This document shows positions 40,409 through 49,904 of a DNA stretch of 64,000 bases, piece after piece; positions within the stretch are counted from its first letter, which is position 1, and each line of letters begins with the position of its first letter. The translations under genes and the position numbers were made by a program. The stretch is from Candidatus Babeliales bacterium (GTDB lineage Bacteria; Babelota; Babeliae; Babelales; JANWKD01). The notes beneath the pieces are model-generated. The model saw only the letters and a program-made list of their open reading frames with translations. It was not told where the DNA came from and did not search any database. The DNA is taken from the NCBI GenBank assembly GCA_963722255.1, contig CAVRJO010000001.1, positions 96,001-160,000 of the forward strand, written 5' to 3'.

Positions 40409-40832
40409 TTCCCCTTTTTTTATACTATTGATCCTTCAATTCTACTAATAAATAATTGCTAAAATCATTGTTTTAGCATTCTTTTTCTAACAAGCTATAC
40501 AAAAAAATGAAAAAAAAGCTATACTGTATAAAATAATAATTATTCATACATGATAGAAATAGAATTTATATCTATTCTTCAACGATAAGGAGCCTATGAT
40601 GAATCGTAGTTCATCTCATACCTTTCCTACTTCTCTTACTCCAAAACACAACAAGTCAAATAAAGTCATTTTCAATGATTATTAGAACTTCAATGTGTGG
40701 CTCCATTTCTTTATGTATTCCCGCCGTGGATATAACAATTTGCACATTATAGTGCTTTTTTAACCAAATTCGATCTTAATTTATTAATATACTCATAAGG
40801 GTTTATTCTATTAAACCTTAAGGATTTTTTAT

Positions 40833-41996
40833 ATGAAACGTTTTTTCCAATCCCAAACTATAGCTACTGGACTCGCTATTTTTTCTATGTTTTTTGGCGC
40901 AGGTAATTTAATTTACCCTCTTAATGTTGGATTTATTGCCGGTGCAAAAAATCTCTGCGCTATTTCAGGCTTTATGGTTACCGGTGTTCTTCTACCTTTA
41001 TTGGCACTCATAGCAATAATACTTTTTAATGGTGATTATCATGAGTTTTTCAATCGACTTGGTAAAATACCAGGCGCACTCTTTATTTTATTCTGTATGC
41101 TTATTATTGGGCCTCTTTTTGCAATTCCTCGGATTGTTACTGTTGCACATATCATGATTGCACCTTTCATAGGAAATATTTCATTGCCAATTTTTACTTT
41201 TCTTTTCCTTGCATTAACTTTTCTTGGGACGTATAAAGAAAGTCGCATTATTAATCTACTTGGTAATGTGATAAGTCCACTCTTGCTTGTTTCTCTTATA
41301 ATTATTATTGTAAAAGGTCTTCTTTTCCGTGGAGAAATGACACAAGAAATTACATCAAGTTGTCTGGCACTCTTTTGGGAAAGTATTAAGATCGGTTACA
41401 AAACACTCGATATGCTTGGAGCCATTTTCTTCTCTTCTATTGTGATCACTATCTTAAGAGAAAAGCTTAAAGACCAATCAGAAAAATCGCTAAAAAAATT
41501 AGCGATTATGGGTTTAAAAGCAGGTCTTCTAGGGGTAGCCTTACTCGCAATTGTTTACCTTGGAATGAGCTATTTGGGTGTATTTCATGGTGCTGGACTT
41601 GGCCATCTCAATGAAGGAGAGCTTTTTAGTGCACTTTCATTTAGAATTCTTGGCTCACATGGTGCAATTATTATTGCTCTTGCTGTTTTAATGGCGTGTT
41701 ATTCGACAATTGTTGCACTGACTGCTGTAGTATCAGAATATGTTCAGAAAACCATTTTTATCAATAAAATAAACTATATACAAGCATTACTCATAGTGTT
41801 GGGTATAGCAGCAGTTGTTTCTAATTTTGGATTAAGCAAAATTTTAAAATTTTCTGGCCCTTATATTGACGTTTGCTATCCCGCACTTATAGTACTTGTG
41901 TTCGTTAATATTGCTTATAAATTATTTGGTTTCAAACCAGTAAAAATACCAGTGTTAGTAACCCTATTAGTCTCTTCATTATTTTATTTATGGTAA
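40833..41996 (+). CDS. brnQ: Branched-chain amino acid:cation symporter
   Basis: GLAIFSMFFGAGNLIYP, IGPLFAIPR, GYKTLDMLGA, LMACYST. Confidence 0.92.
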   Translation: MKRFFQSQTIATGLAIFSMFFGAGNLIYPLNVGFIAGAKNLCAISGFMVTGVLLPLLALIAIILFNGDYHEFFNRLGKIPGALFILFCMLIIGPLFAIPRIVTVAHIMIAPFIGNISLPIFTFLFLALTFLGTYKESRIINLLGNVISPLLLVSLIIIIVKGLLFRGEMTQEITSSCLALFWESIKIGYKTLDMLGAIFFSSIVITILREKLKDQSEKSLKKLAIMGLKAGLLGVALLAIVYLGMSYLGVFHGAGLGHLNEGELFSALSFRILGSHGAIIIALAVLMACYSTIVALTAVVSEYVQKTIFINKINYIQALLIVLGIAAVVSNFGLSKILKFSGPYIDVCYPALIVLVFVNIAYKLFGFKPVKIPVLVTLLVSSLFYLW

Positions 41997-42067
41997 AGAA
42001 GGTTGTAAAAAATTAGATTTTTCTTACACTAAATGCAGAATAACTTTATTACATCGAAAGTCTACCT

Positions 42068-42232
42068 ATGATTACAAAGAATTTTTTATTGGTTGTTGTT
42101 TGTTTTGGAATTGCAATGACTTTAACAAGCTGCAAAAAATCAAGACAAGAAATTGTTGAAGTTCAAGAAAAAAGAATTTCAGGACCTTTATCAGATAGCT
42201 CTATTGAATGGTCAGAGTCTGATTATAAATAA
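42068..42232 (+). CDS. Small lipoprotein (54 aa; absent from the ORF track)
   Basis: MITKNFLLVVVCFGIAMTLTSC lipobox, followed by a terminator. Confidence 0.7.
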   Translation: MITKNFLLVVVCFGIAMTLTSCKKSRQEIVEVQEKRISGPLSDSSIEWSESDYK

Positions 42233-42238
42233 CTAAAA

Positions 42239-42278
42239 AAAAAGAGGATGAATTATAATAATAACTCATCCTCTTTTT
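42239..42278. terminator. Bidirectional intrinsic terminator
   Basis: aaaaagaggatga...tcatcctcttttt with A-run on the left and T-run on the right. Confidence 0.8.
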
Positions 42279-42301
42279 CATGAAAATTTTTTTTGAAAAA
42301 A

Positions 42302-42614
42302 AACGCTTTCGCGTTGGAGGTAATAACATGGTTTTCACCACGCCCCTTTTACGCTCAAGTCTCTACATGCTTAGTCTTTATACCTACATATACCTCCTAA
42401 AGACCGGTAACAGTATAAGTCACATGGTTTGTTCCTTTGTTCATGATACTAATCATGTAAACCTCTCATGAACATCTTACTTTTATTTACCCCTATTAGT
42501 CTAAATTAGTAAGAGAATCTATTAACTAATCGGTGAAGTTTCTTTTACGGAAAACTTCTAAAATCCGGCATGCTGCCCCAAACGTAATGGGAAAGCTTTC
42601 GCTTTTACCTCCAA
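42302..42614 (-). ncRNA. Candidate large structured non-coding RNA of unknown family
   Basis: 10-bp closing stem (42605..42614 with 42314..42323), nested stems, three GAAA tetraloop hairpins, dedicated promoter, boxA and terminator; no credible ORF. Confidence 0.7.
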
Positions 42615-42615
42615 A

Positions 42616-42724
42616 TTTTCAAAGAACTTTTTTGAGAAAAAGTGCAGTAATTAGAATTTCTTCTAGCTTCTCTACTCCCGTTCCTCTTATTTACAACTTT
42701 AGCATAAATATTTCTATTTGTCAA
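42616..42724 (-). promoter_or_regulatory. Sigma70 promoter with boxB-like hairpin and boxA antitermination element
   Basis: TTGACA (42724-42719), 17 nt, TGcTAAAGT (-10 at 42701-42696); TAGAA-GAAA-TTCTA hairpin; GTTCTTTGAAAA (42627-42616). Confidence 0.75.
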
Positions 42725-42829
42725 GCAAAATTTGAAAATTGCATATTTTTCTCTGTAAACTCTAGAATTTTTGTCTAAAATCATGCTAGGTTAAAAAAAG
42801 CTAAGATAAAACTGCTTTATGGAGCTTAT

Positions 42830-43141
42830 ATGATAAAAAAGTGTATACTATTTTTATTGATTTGCATGAAAATACATGATTGTAGTTCAATGGGTAATAA
42901 CCGTAAAGATTCATCGGATGAAGATACATCTCAGCACGTCTACAATACTCGAGAGCTCTTCTCTTCAACTGAAATAAGTTTTTATGTTTCTCCTCCAACA
43001 AGTCCCCGAGACATAGTACCTACTAAACCTCACAAAAAACCAAACTGTTTTTTACAGTGCTTAAAAAAACTTTGTTGCTGTTTATGTTGTTGTAAAAAAA
43101 ATGACAAACGTCTCATTGTCAGTTATGACACTATTCAATAA
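42830..43141 (+). CDS. Small secreted protein with a C-terminal cysteine string
   Basis: GGAG RBS, signal peptide, CFLQCLKKLCCCLCCCKK. Confidence 0.7.
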   Translation: MIKKCILFLLICMKIHDCSSMGNNRKDSSDEDTSQHVYNTRELFSSTEISFYVSPPTSPRDIVPTKPHKKPNCFLQCLKKLCCCLCCCKKNDKRLIVSYDTIQ

Positions 43142-43215
43142 AGCAAAATTTATAATTCACTTTCACCATAAACATCAGTATACTGCTCATCGTTACTAAA
43201 TTATTATAGTATGAA

Positions 43216-44289
43216 TTGGATATAATGAAGCTGCCGATTGTATTCGTCTTGTACGATAGCATAACTAACTCTATTTTTGATTCTCAAATAGCACAACCTT
43301 TACTTCAGCAACAAACTGATCTTGGCACAGTAATCACCATTGTTAGCTTCGAAAAGAGAATGGTGACTCAAGAATTAAACACGATTGCACAGCAATATCC
43401 AACGCTCAATTTTATTTTTTTAAAAAATAGAATCTTCGTGCACAAAGCTTTACTCTCTACATTAGCAAACAAATTACATGCATTATTAAGTAAGCTTGCC
43501 TCATATAAACTCATAGCGCGAGGACCTATAGCAGGATATCTTTGCATGCAAGCTTTGCAAAAAACAAACTGTTTTGAATTCATTATTCAAGCGCGAGGAA
43601 TTTTGGCTGAAGAATATCGTTTTACCCATGCAAGAACAAACAATAATTACCTAAGAGCTCTTCATTACTTTCGTTCATATCAATTTGAAAAAGTCGAAAA
43701 ATCGGTCTATAGCAAACAAACTGCTTATGTTGTTCCAACAACAATAGAAGCAGTCAGTCCTGCATTAAAAGAATATCTCATACAACATTATCAGGCTGAT
43801 CCAAATATGATTCATATTGCGCAGATAGATATTCCTTTACCATTTTCGACCGACGTAATACAGAAATGGAGAAAAATCACTCGTTCTGAATTAGGTGTTT
43901 CTGAAAAAACCTCTATCTATTGCTATAATGGCTCATTAAAACCGTGGCAATGCCCTCAAGAAACCATCTCCTTTTTTAAAGAACAACTCATTAAAAATAC
44001 CGATGTGTATTTATTAGTTCTTACACAAGATAAACATGATTTTGAAAAAATCATTCAAAACTATTTGATTGATCCTACAAAATACAAAGTAATTACTGTT
44101 CCTCATAAAGAAATCTACCGTTATTTAGCCGGTTGCGATTCGGGAATCATATTCAGAGAGAAAAATAGTATAAACTGGACATCGCGACCTACAAAAATTT
44201 TAGAGTACCAAGCAGTAGGTCTTCCTATCATTCACAATAATACGATTGCAATGCTTCAGAATTCTTCTTCAATACAAGAAGTTCAGTAA
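43216..44289 (+). CDS. GT-B fold glycosyltransferase (family 4-like)
   Basis: ARG..AEEY, YCYNGS..PWQ, RYLAGCDSGIIFR, PTKILEYQAVGLPII. Confidence 0.85.
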   Translation: MDIMKLPIVFVLYDSITNSIFDSQIAQPLLQQQTDLGTVITIVSFEKRMVTQELNTIAQQYPTLNFIFLKNRIFVHKALLSTLANKLHALLSKLASYKLIARGPIAGYLCMQALQKTNCFEFIIQARGILAEEYRFTHARTNNNYLRALHYFRSYQFEKVEKSVYSKQTAYVVPTTIEAVSPALKEYLIQHYQADPNMIHIAQIDIPLPFSTDVIQKWRKITRSELGVSEKTSIYCYNGSLKPWQCPQETISFFKEQLIKNTDVYLLVLTQDKHDFEKIIQNYLIDPTKYKVITVPHKEIYRYLAGCDSGIIFREKNSINWTSRPTKILEYQAVGLPIIHNNTIAMLQNSSSIQEVQ

Positions 44290-44801
44290 CATTTTGACAA
44301 AATTGGAGAAAGAACTCCTACAAATAAACAAATGGTAAAAACCAGTTCAGTCACAAGCACACCAACTCCTAAACGACTTACTAGGCTATTGGTTGACCTT
44401 ATTTTATCGCAATCTTCAATGTATCCATTGAGAGAGTTAATAAGAATTTTACTTCCTATTTTTTGAACGCTAGAATTTAGTTTAGCTATTTTATCATCTT
44501 TTTTACTATCTAAAAAATTATTTTTTTGATAGCGCATTAATTTTTTTAATAATCGATATTTTTTTGGTTTGTGCTCCTGTAATTCTGCAATATTTTTCTC
44601 CAAAAATGGCCTTATTGAAACAATGCCAATCAAAAAAGATCGTGATAAAAAATCGCAGATCTCTTTGTGCTCATTGAGGCAAGAAACAATGTGCGTATCT
44701 TTTGAACTATTTTCAATATCAACGTTTTCCTTCATTTCCATACCCATAAGAAAAGAAAAGTTCAAAACATATACAAGGGTTACCGTAAAAAAATATTTCA
44801 T
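44283..44801 (-). CDS. Hypothetical secreted protein with C-terminal TM
   Basis: AAGGAG RBS before MKYFF; signal peptide; paralogous to the interrupted upstream gene. Confidence 0.7.
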   Translation of the reverse strand: MKYFFTVTLVYVLNFSFLMGMEMKENVDIENSSKDTHIVSCLNEHKEICDFLSRSFLIGIVSIRPFLEKNIAELQEHKPKKYRLLKKLMRYQKNNFLDSKKDDKIAKLNSSVQKIGSKILINSLNGYIEDCDKIRSTNSLVSRLGVGVLVTELVFTICLFVGVLSPILSKCY

Positions 44802-44817
44802 CCTGGCTCCTTTATAG

Positions 44818-45944
44818 TTATGCATAACAATTTAAAAAAAGAGGAAGAAACGTTGAAAGGATTCCAACACTACAGGTAATAAAACATACGGTGCATGCAC
44901 CACATATACTGTTGCGCCAACATCGTGAACTTTTAATTTTTAATTTTTTTTCATTTTCAATTTCTAACCATGCACCCATAAGCAGCTGAGCGAAACTTAT
45001 CTTCATCTGATTATCGGGATAGAAAAAATTCTTCTGAAATAACAGTTTTTTTTGAGAATCATTCTTATTGTTTTCAATAAGCTGTGCAATGCGATAATAT
45101 TCTTGGGGAGATTTATTTTTTAATTCTTCAACTTTCTCTTGCTCGAGAGGATCGATGTATTACAAGCCTAAACCTCAAAAAAATAATGATGCAATTATTA
45201 TGAATGAGCTACGTGAAATTTATCAAGAAACGCCTTCCTATGGCTATCGGCGCATGACAGTAGCTTTAAGAGAAAATGGTTTTTTGGTTAATCATAAAAA
45301 AGTTTTTATGTTGCTTAAGATAGCGGGCATCCAGGCCATTTACCCTCGCAAAAAAACAACCATACGAAATCAGGGGCACAAAGTATTTCCTTATTTATTG
45401 CGTGGGTTGCTTATTAATCGACCAAATCAGGTTTGGCAAGTAGATATAACCTATATAAAAATACGGGGTGGTTTTGTATATTTGGTTTGCTTAATTGATG
45501 TTTTTAGTCGAAAAATCATGGGATGGAAATTGTCAATTTCTCTTGATACAGCGTTATGCATAGAGGCGTTCAATAGTGCTTTGCAACATGGTATTCCAGA
45601 AATTGTTAATAGCGACCAAGGATGTCAATTTACCAGTGCTCTGTGAGGTTTTTAATATAGCGTTCTTTTCCAGTATGCTTTATACCAAAAAATTGTTCTG
45701 CCAAAGCGATTATATCGATTTCAACATTATCTTCAACATCATGTGAATTCATTGAAGTCGAACCGGATGAATATAATTCCTCATCCAGATCTTTGATCAT
45801 GCTGATCTCTTTTTTCTTCACTGATCTTCTTAAGGTATCTTTCCATGATCCTTCTTCAGATGAATAACCAGGTTTTTCCAATTCCATGCTCATTAATCTT
45901 AATGAAATGAACAGGGAAATTATGAGTAGATTACTTATTTTCAT
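44818..45944 (-). pseudogene. Hypothetical secreted protein interrupted by an IS3 internal fragment
   Basis: Deleting 45148..45635 rejoins ...KNLTEH|LEQEKVEELKNKSPQEY... in frame through to the stop at 44818. Confidence 0.75.
45143..45637 (+). mobile_element. IS3-family orfB internal fragment; no terminal repeats seen
   Basis: YGYRRM, WQVDITYI, PEIVNSDQGCQFTS; first 386 nt near-identical (inverted) to 31452..31837. Confidence 0.9.
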
Positions 45945-46070
45945 ACAAAACTCTTCTTATAGACTTTCTATGACTATAAGAGTTTTTACAAAGTTGATGC
46001 AATGGTTTTCTATTTAAAAAAAGGAAATAGTGTAATCAAATATTGTAACTACTCATAAAATAAAAAAATT

Positions 46071-47342
46071 TTAGATAAGCAATCCGACGATCATTGCAGA
46101 AAGCAAATTGGATAATGATCCACCAAGCACAGCTAATACGCCTAATTCGGTAAGCCATTCTCTTTTTTCGGGAACTAATGAACCAATGCCACCAATTTGG
46201 ATACCAATGCAAGAAAAATTGGAAAACCCGCACAATGCATACGTCAATAATGCAACTGACCGTTCAGAGAAGTTTTGTGACAACAAATGCCCATAGGCAA
46301 TAAGCTCATTAATGGTCACTTTTATCCCCAGCAAATTCCCGGCTTTCAATGCTTCTTGGCCTGTAAAACCAAGCAAGTAACCAAACGGAGAAAACAGCCA
46401 TGAAAAGATATATGACAAATTTATTATTGGAAATTGCACCGATAATCCTAGATACTGCAAAAGCTCCTGTACCTGTAATGAGGAAAACTCAAGAACTTTA
46501 TTAAATAATGCAATAAGTGAAATAAACGAAACCAACATTGCGCCAACATTGAGCGCAAGATATAATCCATCAGTTGTTCCTGTTGAAATAGCATCAAGTG
46601 CATTTTTTGATGAACTGGTAACTGCATGAGCACCTGCTGCTGTTTCTGGTTTTTCAGTTTCAGGATACAATATTTTAGCTATCATTAGGGTACCGGGAAT
46701 CGCCATGATACTTGCTGTTAATAAATGCACGGCAGGAATTCCCATAGCAGCAAAAACCATAAGAATTGCACCACTAATGGTACCCATACCACTCACCATG
46801 ACAACAACAATTTCGGATTTGGTCATATTTTTTAAATAAGTACGCACTAATAACGGCGCTTCTGTTTGGCCTAAAAAACTATTTGCAATAGCACATAACG
46901 TTTCAGCTCCTGAAGTGCCTAAAAGAGGTCGCATTATAAAACTCATCGCAGAAACAATCTTTTGCACAATTCCAAGATAAAAAAGCAATGACATAAGTGC
47001 ACCAAAAAAAATGATAAGAGGCAAAACCTTAAAGGCAAAAATAAATGCCCATGCCCCCGATGCATCAATTAAATTCCCAAATAAAAAACGAGAACCTTCA
47101 TCAGCACAACAATAAATTTTATTAATACCATCTGCCAAAGCATGTACAATGCTCACTCCAATTGAAGTTTTTAGCATACAAAATGCTAAAACAATTTCTA
47201 AAAGCAATGCCTTAACAATTAAAAGATAATTTATTGAACTTCGCTTGCGGGACGCCAGAATCGCAATGCCAAGAATTATAAAAATGCCCAAAAGATTACA
47301 ATAACGATTATACTGTAGCAAATATGATATCATAAATCTCAT
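46071..47342 (-). CDS. nupC: NupC/CNT family concentrative nucleoside transporter
   Basis: EGSRFLFG, FAFKVLP.IIFF, FLGQTEAPL, NELIAY, YALCGFSNFSCIGIQIG. Confidence 0.93.
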   Translation of the reverse strand: MRFMISYLLQYNRYCNLLGIFIILGIAILASRKRSSINYLLIVKALLLEIVLAFCMLKTSIGVSIVHALADGINKIYCCADEGSRFLFGNLIDASGAWAFIFAFKVLPLIIFFGALMSLLFYLGIVQKIVSAMSFIMRPLLGTSGAETLCAIANSFLGQTEAPLLVRTYLKNMTKSEIVVVMVSGMGTISGAILMVFAAMGIPAVHLLTASIMAIPGTLMIAKILYPETEKPETAAGAHAVTSSSKNALDAISTGTTDGLYLALNVGAMLVSFISLIALFNKVLEFSSLQVQELLQYLGLSVQFPIINLSYIFSWLFSPFGYLLGFTGQEALKAGNLLGIKVTINELIAYGHLLSQNFSERSVALLTYALCGFSNFSCIGIQIGGIGSLVPEKREWLTELGVLAVLGGSLSNLLSAMIVGLLI

Positions 47343-47376
47343 CCCGAATGTCTAGAGTGTCTATAAAAAATCTATT

Positions 47377-48462
47377 TTATTTTTTTACTGTTAATGCCGC
47401 AAGTGCTTGTTGTTTTTTACGCTCTTGTCGGCCATAAATGATGAGTGCATCTATAATTTCATCAAGATCACCTTCCATCACCATATCAAGTCTTTTTAGA
47501 GTAAGATCAATTTGATGATCAGTAATTCGATTTTGAGGATAATTATAAGTACGTACTTTTTCAGAGCGTAACGCTCCTCCAACCATCTCTTTTCTTTTTT
47601 GGCTTTGTTCAGCTTCATGCTTTTCTTTTTGCGATGCAAGAAGACGAGCTTGAATAATTTTCATCGCTTTAGCTCTATTTTTATGCTGCGACCGCTCATC
47701 CTGGCAGGCAACAACAATGCCTGACGGAATATGCGTAATGCGCACTGCTGAGTCCGTTTTATTGACATGCTGCCCACCGGCACCACTTGCTCGGTAGGTA
47801 TCAATACGTAAATCAGAAGGGTTTATTGCAATATCAACTTCTTGCCCTTCAGGCAATACAGCAACAGTTGCCGTTGACGTATGTATTCTTCCTGCTGTTT
47901 CTGTTTGCGGAACCCGTTGCACGCGATGAACGCCAGACTCATATTTTAAATGAGCGAACACTTTTTTTCCTTGAATATGCAAAATAGCTTCACGTATTCC
48001 ACCCAAATCAGTTGAACTTGAATCAACCAAAGAAACTTCCCACCCTTTTGAAAGAGCATAGTTGGAATACATCTTAAGAAGATCTCCCGCAAAAAGAGCA
48101 GCTTCTTGTCCACCGGTTCCCGCTCGAGTTTCAAGAAAAACGGAAGTATCATCAAGAGGATCCGGAGGATATAATACCTCATCAAGTTCATTCTGATGCA
48201 CTTTAAGCTTTTGCTCAACAGCAAGAACCTCTTCGGCAAAAAGCTCAATTAATGCAGGATCTGTGGCATTTGCTTGTTGTTCTTTAAGCTCATTAAGTTC
48301 GCGCTGTGTTGCTTCAATCGCTTCATGAATCCCAAGAAGATTCTTAAGATATGAATGCTCCCTCTGAATTTCTTGACGTTGCATGACTTCAAGTGAGGGT
48401 TGAAGCAATTTTTGCTCTAGCTGGCTATACCGCTCTTGTAACTGTTCCCATTGAATATCCAT
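47377..48462 (-). CDS. prfA: Peptide chain release factor 1
   Basis: RAGTGGQEA, ESGVHRVQRVPQTE (PxT), GAGGQHVN, RTYNYPQNRITDH; follows rpmE; alternative TTG start at 48474. Confidence 0.97.
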   Translation of the reverse strand: MDIQWEQLQERYSQLEQKLLQPSLEVMQRQEIQREHSYLKNLLGIHEAIEATQRELNELKEQQANATDPALIELFAEEVLAVEQKLKVHQNELDEVLYPPDPLDDTSVFLETRAGTGGQEAALFAGDLLKMYSNYALSKGWEVSLVDSSSTDLGGIREAILHIQGKKVFAHLKYESGVHRVQRVPQTETAGRIHTSTATVAVLPEGQEVDIAINPSDLRIDTYRASGAGGQHVNKTDSAVRITHIPSGIVVACQDERSQHKNRAKAMKIIQARLLASQKEKHEAEQSQKRKEMVGGALRSEKVRTYNYPQNRITDHQIDLTLKRLDMVMEGDLDEIIDALIIYGRQERKKQQALAALTVKK

Positions 48463-48497
48463 AGGTTGTTGCAATTTCGTTTAAAAAAGACCTATTA

Positions 48498-48710
48498 TTA
48501 GGCTCTTTTAATACCTTTTTTAAAGCGTTTTTCAAACTTTTCAATTCTTCCAGCAGTATCAAGGAACTTTTGTTCGCCGGTATAATAAGGATGACATGCA
48601 GAACAGATTGTTGCTCTGATATCAGTCAATGTTGATTGTGTAGTAAATGAATTGCCGCATGCACAATGTGCAACAACTTCATGCATTTCGGGATGAATAG
48701 CTTGTTTCAT
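48498..48710 (-). CDS. rpmE: 50S ribosomal protein L31 (Zn-binding type)
   Basis: [31 protein letters not shown]. Confidence 0.97.
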   Translation of the reverse strand: MKQAIHPEMHEVVAHCACGNSFTTQSTLTDIRATICSACHPYYTGEQKFLDTAGRIEKFEKRFKKGIKRA

Positions 48711-48941
48711 AAGAAAAACTCCTAATAATCATATAATGAATCTAAGTACCAATTAGTATCTCTAAAATCCAATATCTTGTAAAGTTACTAGTATAAAAAC
48801 TCCTATTCCAATTTTTTATGTTTTTTACCTGTCTAACTTATTTTTTTTAAAAATTATTTACAAATATAAATATTTATTGATCTAATGTCAAGCTTTATGG
48901 TACCTTTATAATAGAAATTATGTAAAATAGAGGCATTTATT

Positions 48942-49898
48942 ATGAAAAAACAGTTAAAATTGATAAAAATTATCATAATTCCAGTAATATGCATACTTTG
49001 CATGCCTTTTACTAAGGCTACGGCTCCTTTTGGTAGATGCCAACAACCTATTCTTAAAAAAGCACCCGCTAAAGCTCCTGTAAAAAAGATTGGCGATTGG
49101 TCGCTTATCGAAGAACCTCAAGAAGTTCCGCTTTCTGAAGATACGCTTCTTGCAACGATTAAAGAAACGGCTTTTTTTGCTATAGATTCTGAAAATTTCG
49201 AATCATTTAATAGATGGGTAAATTTACTGAGCTGTATATATAATTGGATGGAACAATCGAAATCTTCCGCTAAAAAGCAGTATCTTAAAGATTTAGAGCA
49301 ATTGTATTTGATATCTGATTTTGCAAATCTTCTAGCGAGAGAATTTTCAGATGCAAAATCTCATACTGATGTTCAAAAAAATGCATGGAAAGAAACAGCT
49401 CAAACCATGATACATAAATTGGTAGCCATAACTGCTTCTACCTTATCCATTTTTGAAAAAACATCCGACAACTCATCAGCATGGAAAAAAACGGTTCCTA
49501 AACCATCAGAATTAGAATCGTTACATAGAAAATATGGTAACATTTTAGATAATAAACCAACAAAAGAATCTTATGACATTTATTTTAAAAATTATATTGC
49601 AAATAATGTTTTTTCTGGAAAAACATTAAAATCGATTGTTGATGACCTTGAAAAAATTATCTATCGCTATAATCATAGCTACTTTCATAAATCAAGCGAA
49701 GTAGCACTTGCTCAATTCTGCCAAAAATTTCTTGCATATATACAAAACCATTTTGGTAATGGTTTATTTTTTAGCTCAGATTCATACCTGGATAGATTTA
49801 AAAACAGCAAAGATATTGCCTCAAAAACGATACTAACAATTTCAAAGGAACTATTCGATTTCTTTCATAAATTTATAACCAAAATAAGTAGAAACTAG
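48942..49898 (+). CDS. Hypothetical secreted protein
   Basis: 318-aa ORF, signal peptide, GAGG RBS. Confidence 0.7.
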   Translation: MKKQLKLIKIIIIPVICILCMPFTKATAPFGRCQQPILKKAPAKAPVKKIGDWSLIEEPQEVPLSEDTLLATIKETAFFAIDSENFESFNRWVNLLSCIYNWMEQSKSSAKKQYLKDLEQLYLISDFANLLAREFSDAKSHTDVQKNAWKETAQTMIHKLVAITASTLSIFEKTSDNSSAWKKTVPKPSELESLHRKYGNILDNKPTKESYDIYFKNYIANNVFSGKTLKSIVDDLEKIIYRYNHSYFHKSSEVALAQFCQKFLAYIQNHFGNGLFFSSDSYLDRFKNSKDIASKTILTISKELFDFFHKFITKISRN

Positions 49899-49904
49899 TT
49901 ATAT

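Noticed and set aside
40596..40685. 29-aa sORF with AAGGAG upstream of brnQ as an attenuator leader
   Set aside because: Not enriched in Leu/Ile/Val, and no clear terminator/antiterminator or T-box motif; it may be a real sORF, but function is unsupported
42302..42614. Assignment as RNase P, tmRNA, SRP, 6S, group I intron or retron msr-msd
   Set aside because: No GAGGAAAGUCC, no tRNA-like ends or tag peptide, no SRP helix-8 motif and not rod-like. GUAGAGACU resembles a group I R element, but there is no S element or host exon. No reverse transcriptase in the window.
42280..42778. ORFs 42280..42471 and 42533..42778 (+)
   Set aside because: No recognisable protein features or RBS; the region is better explained by the minus-strand structured RNA
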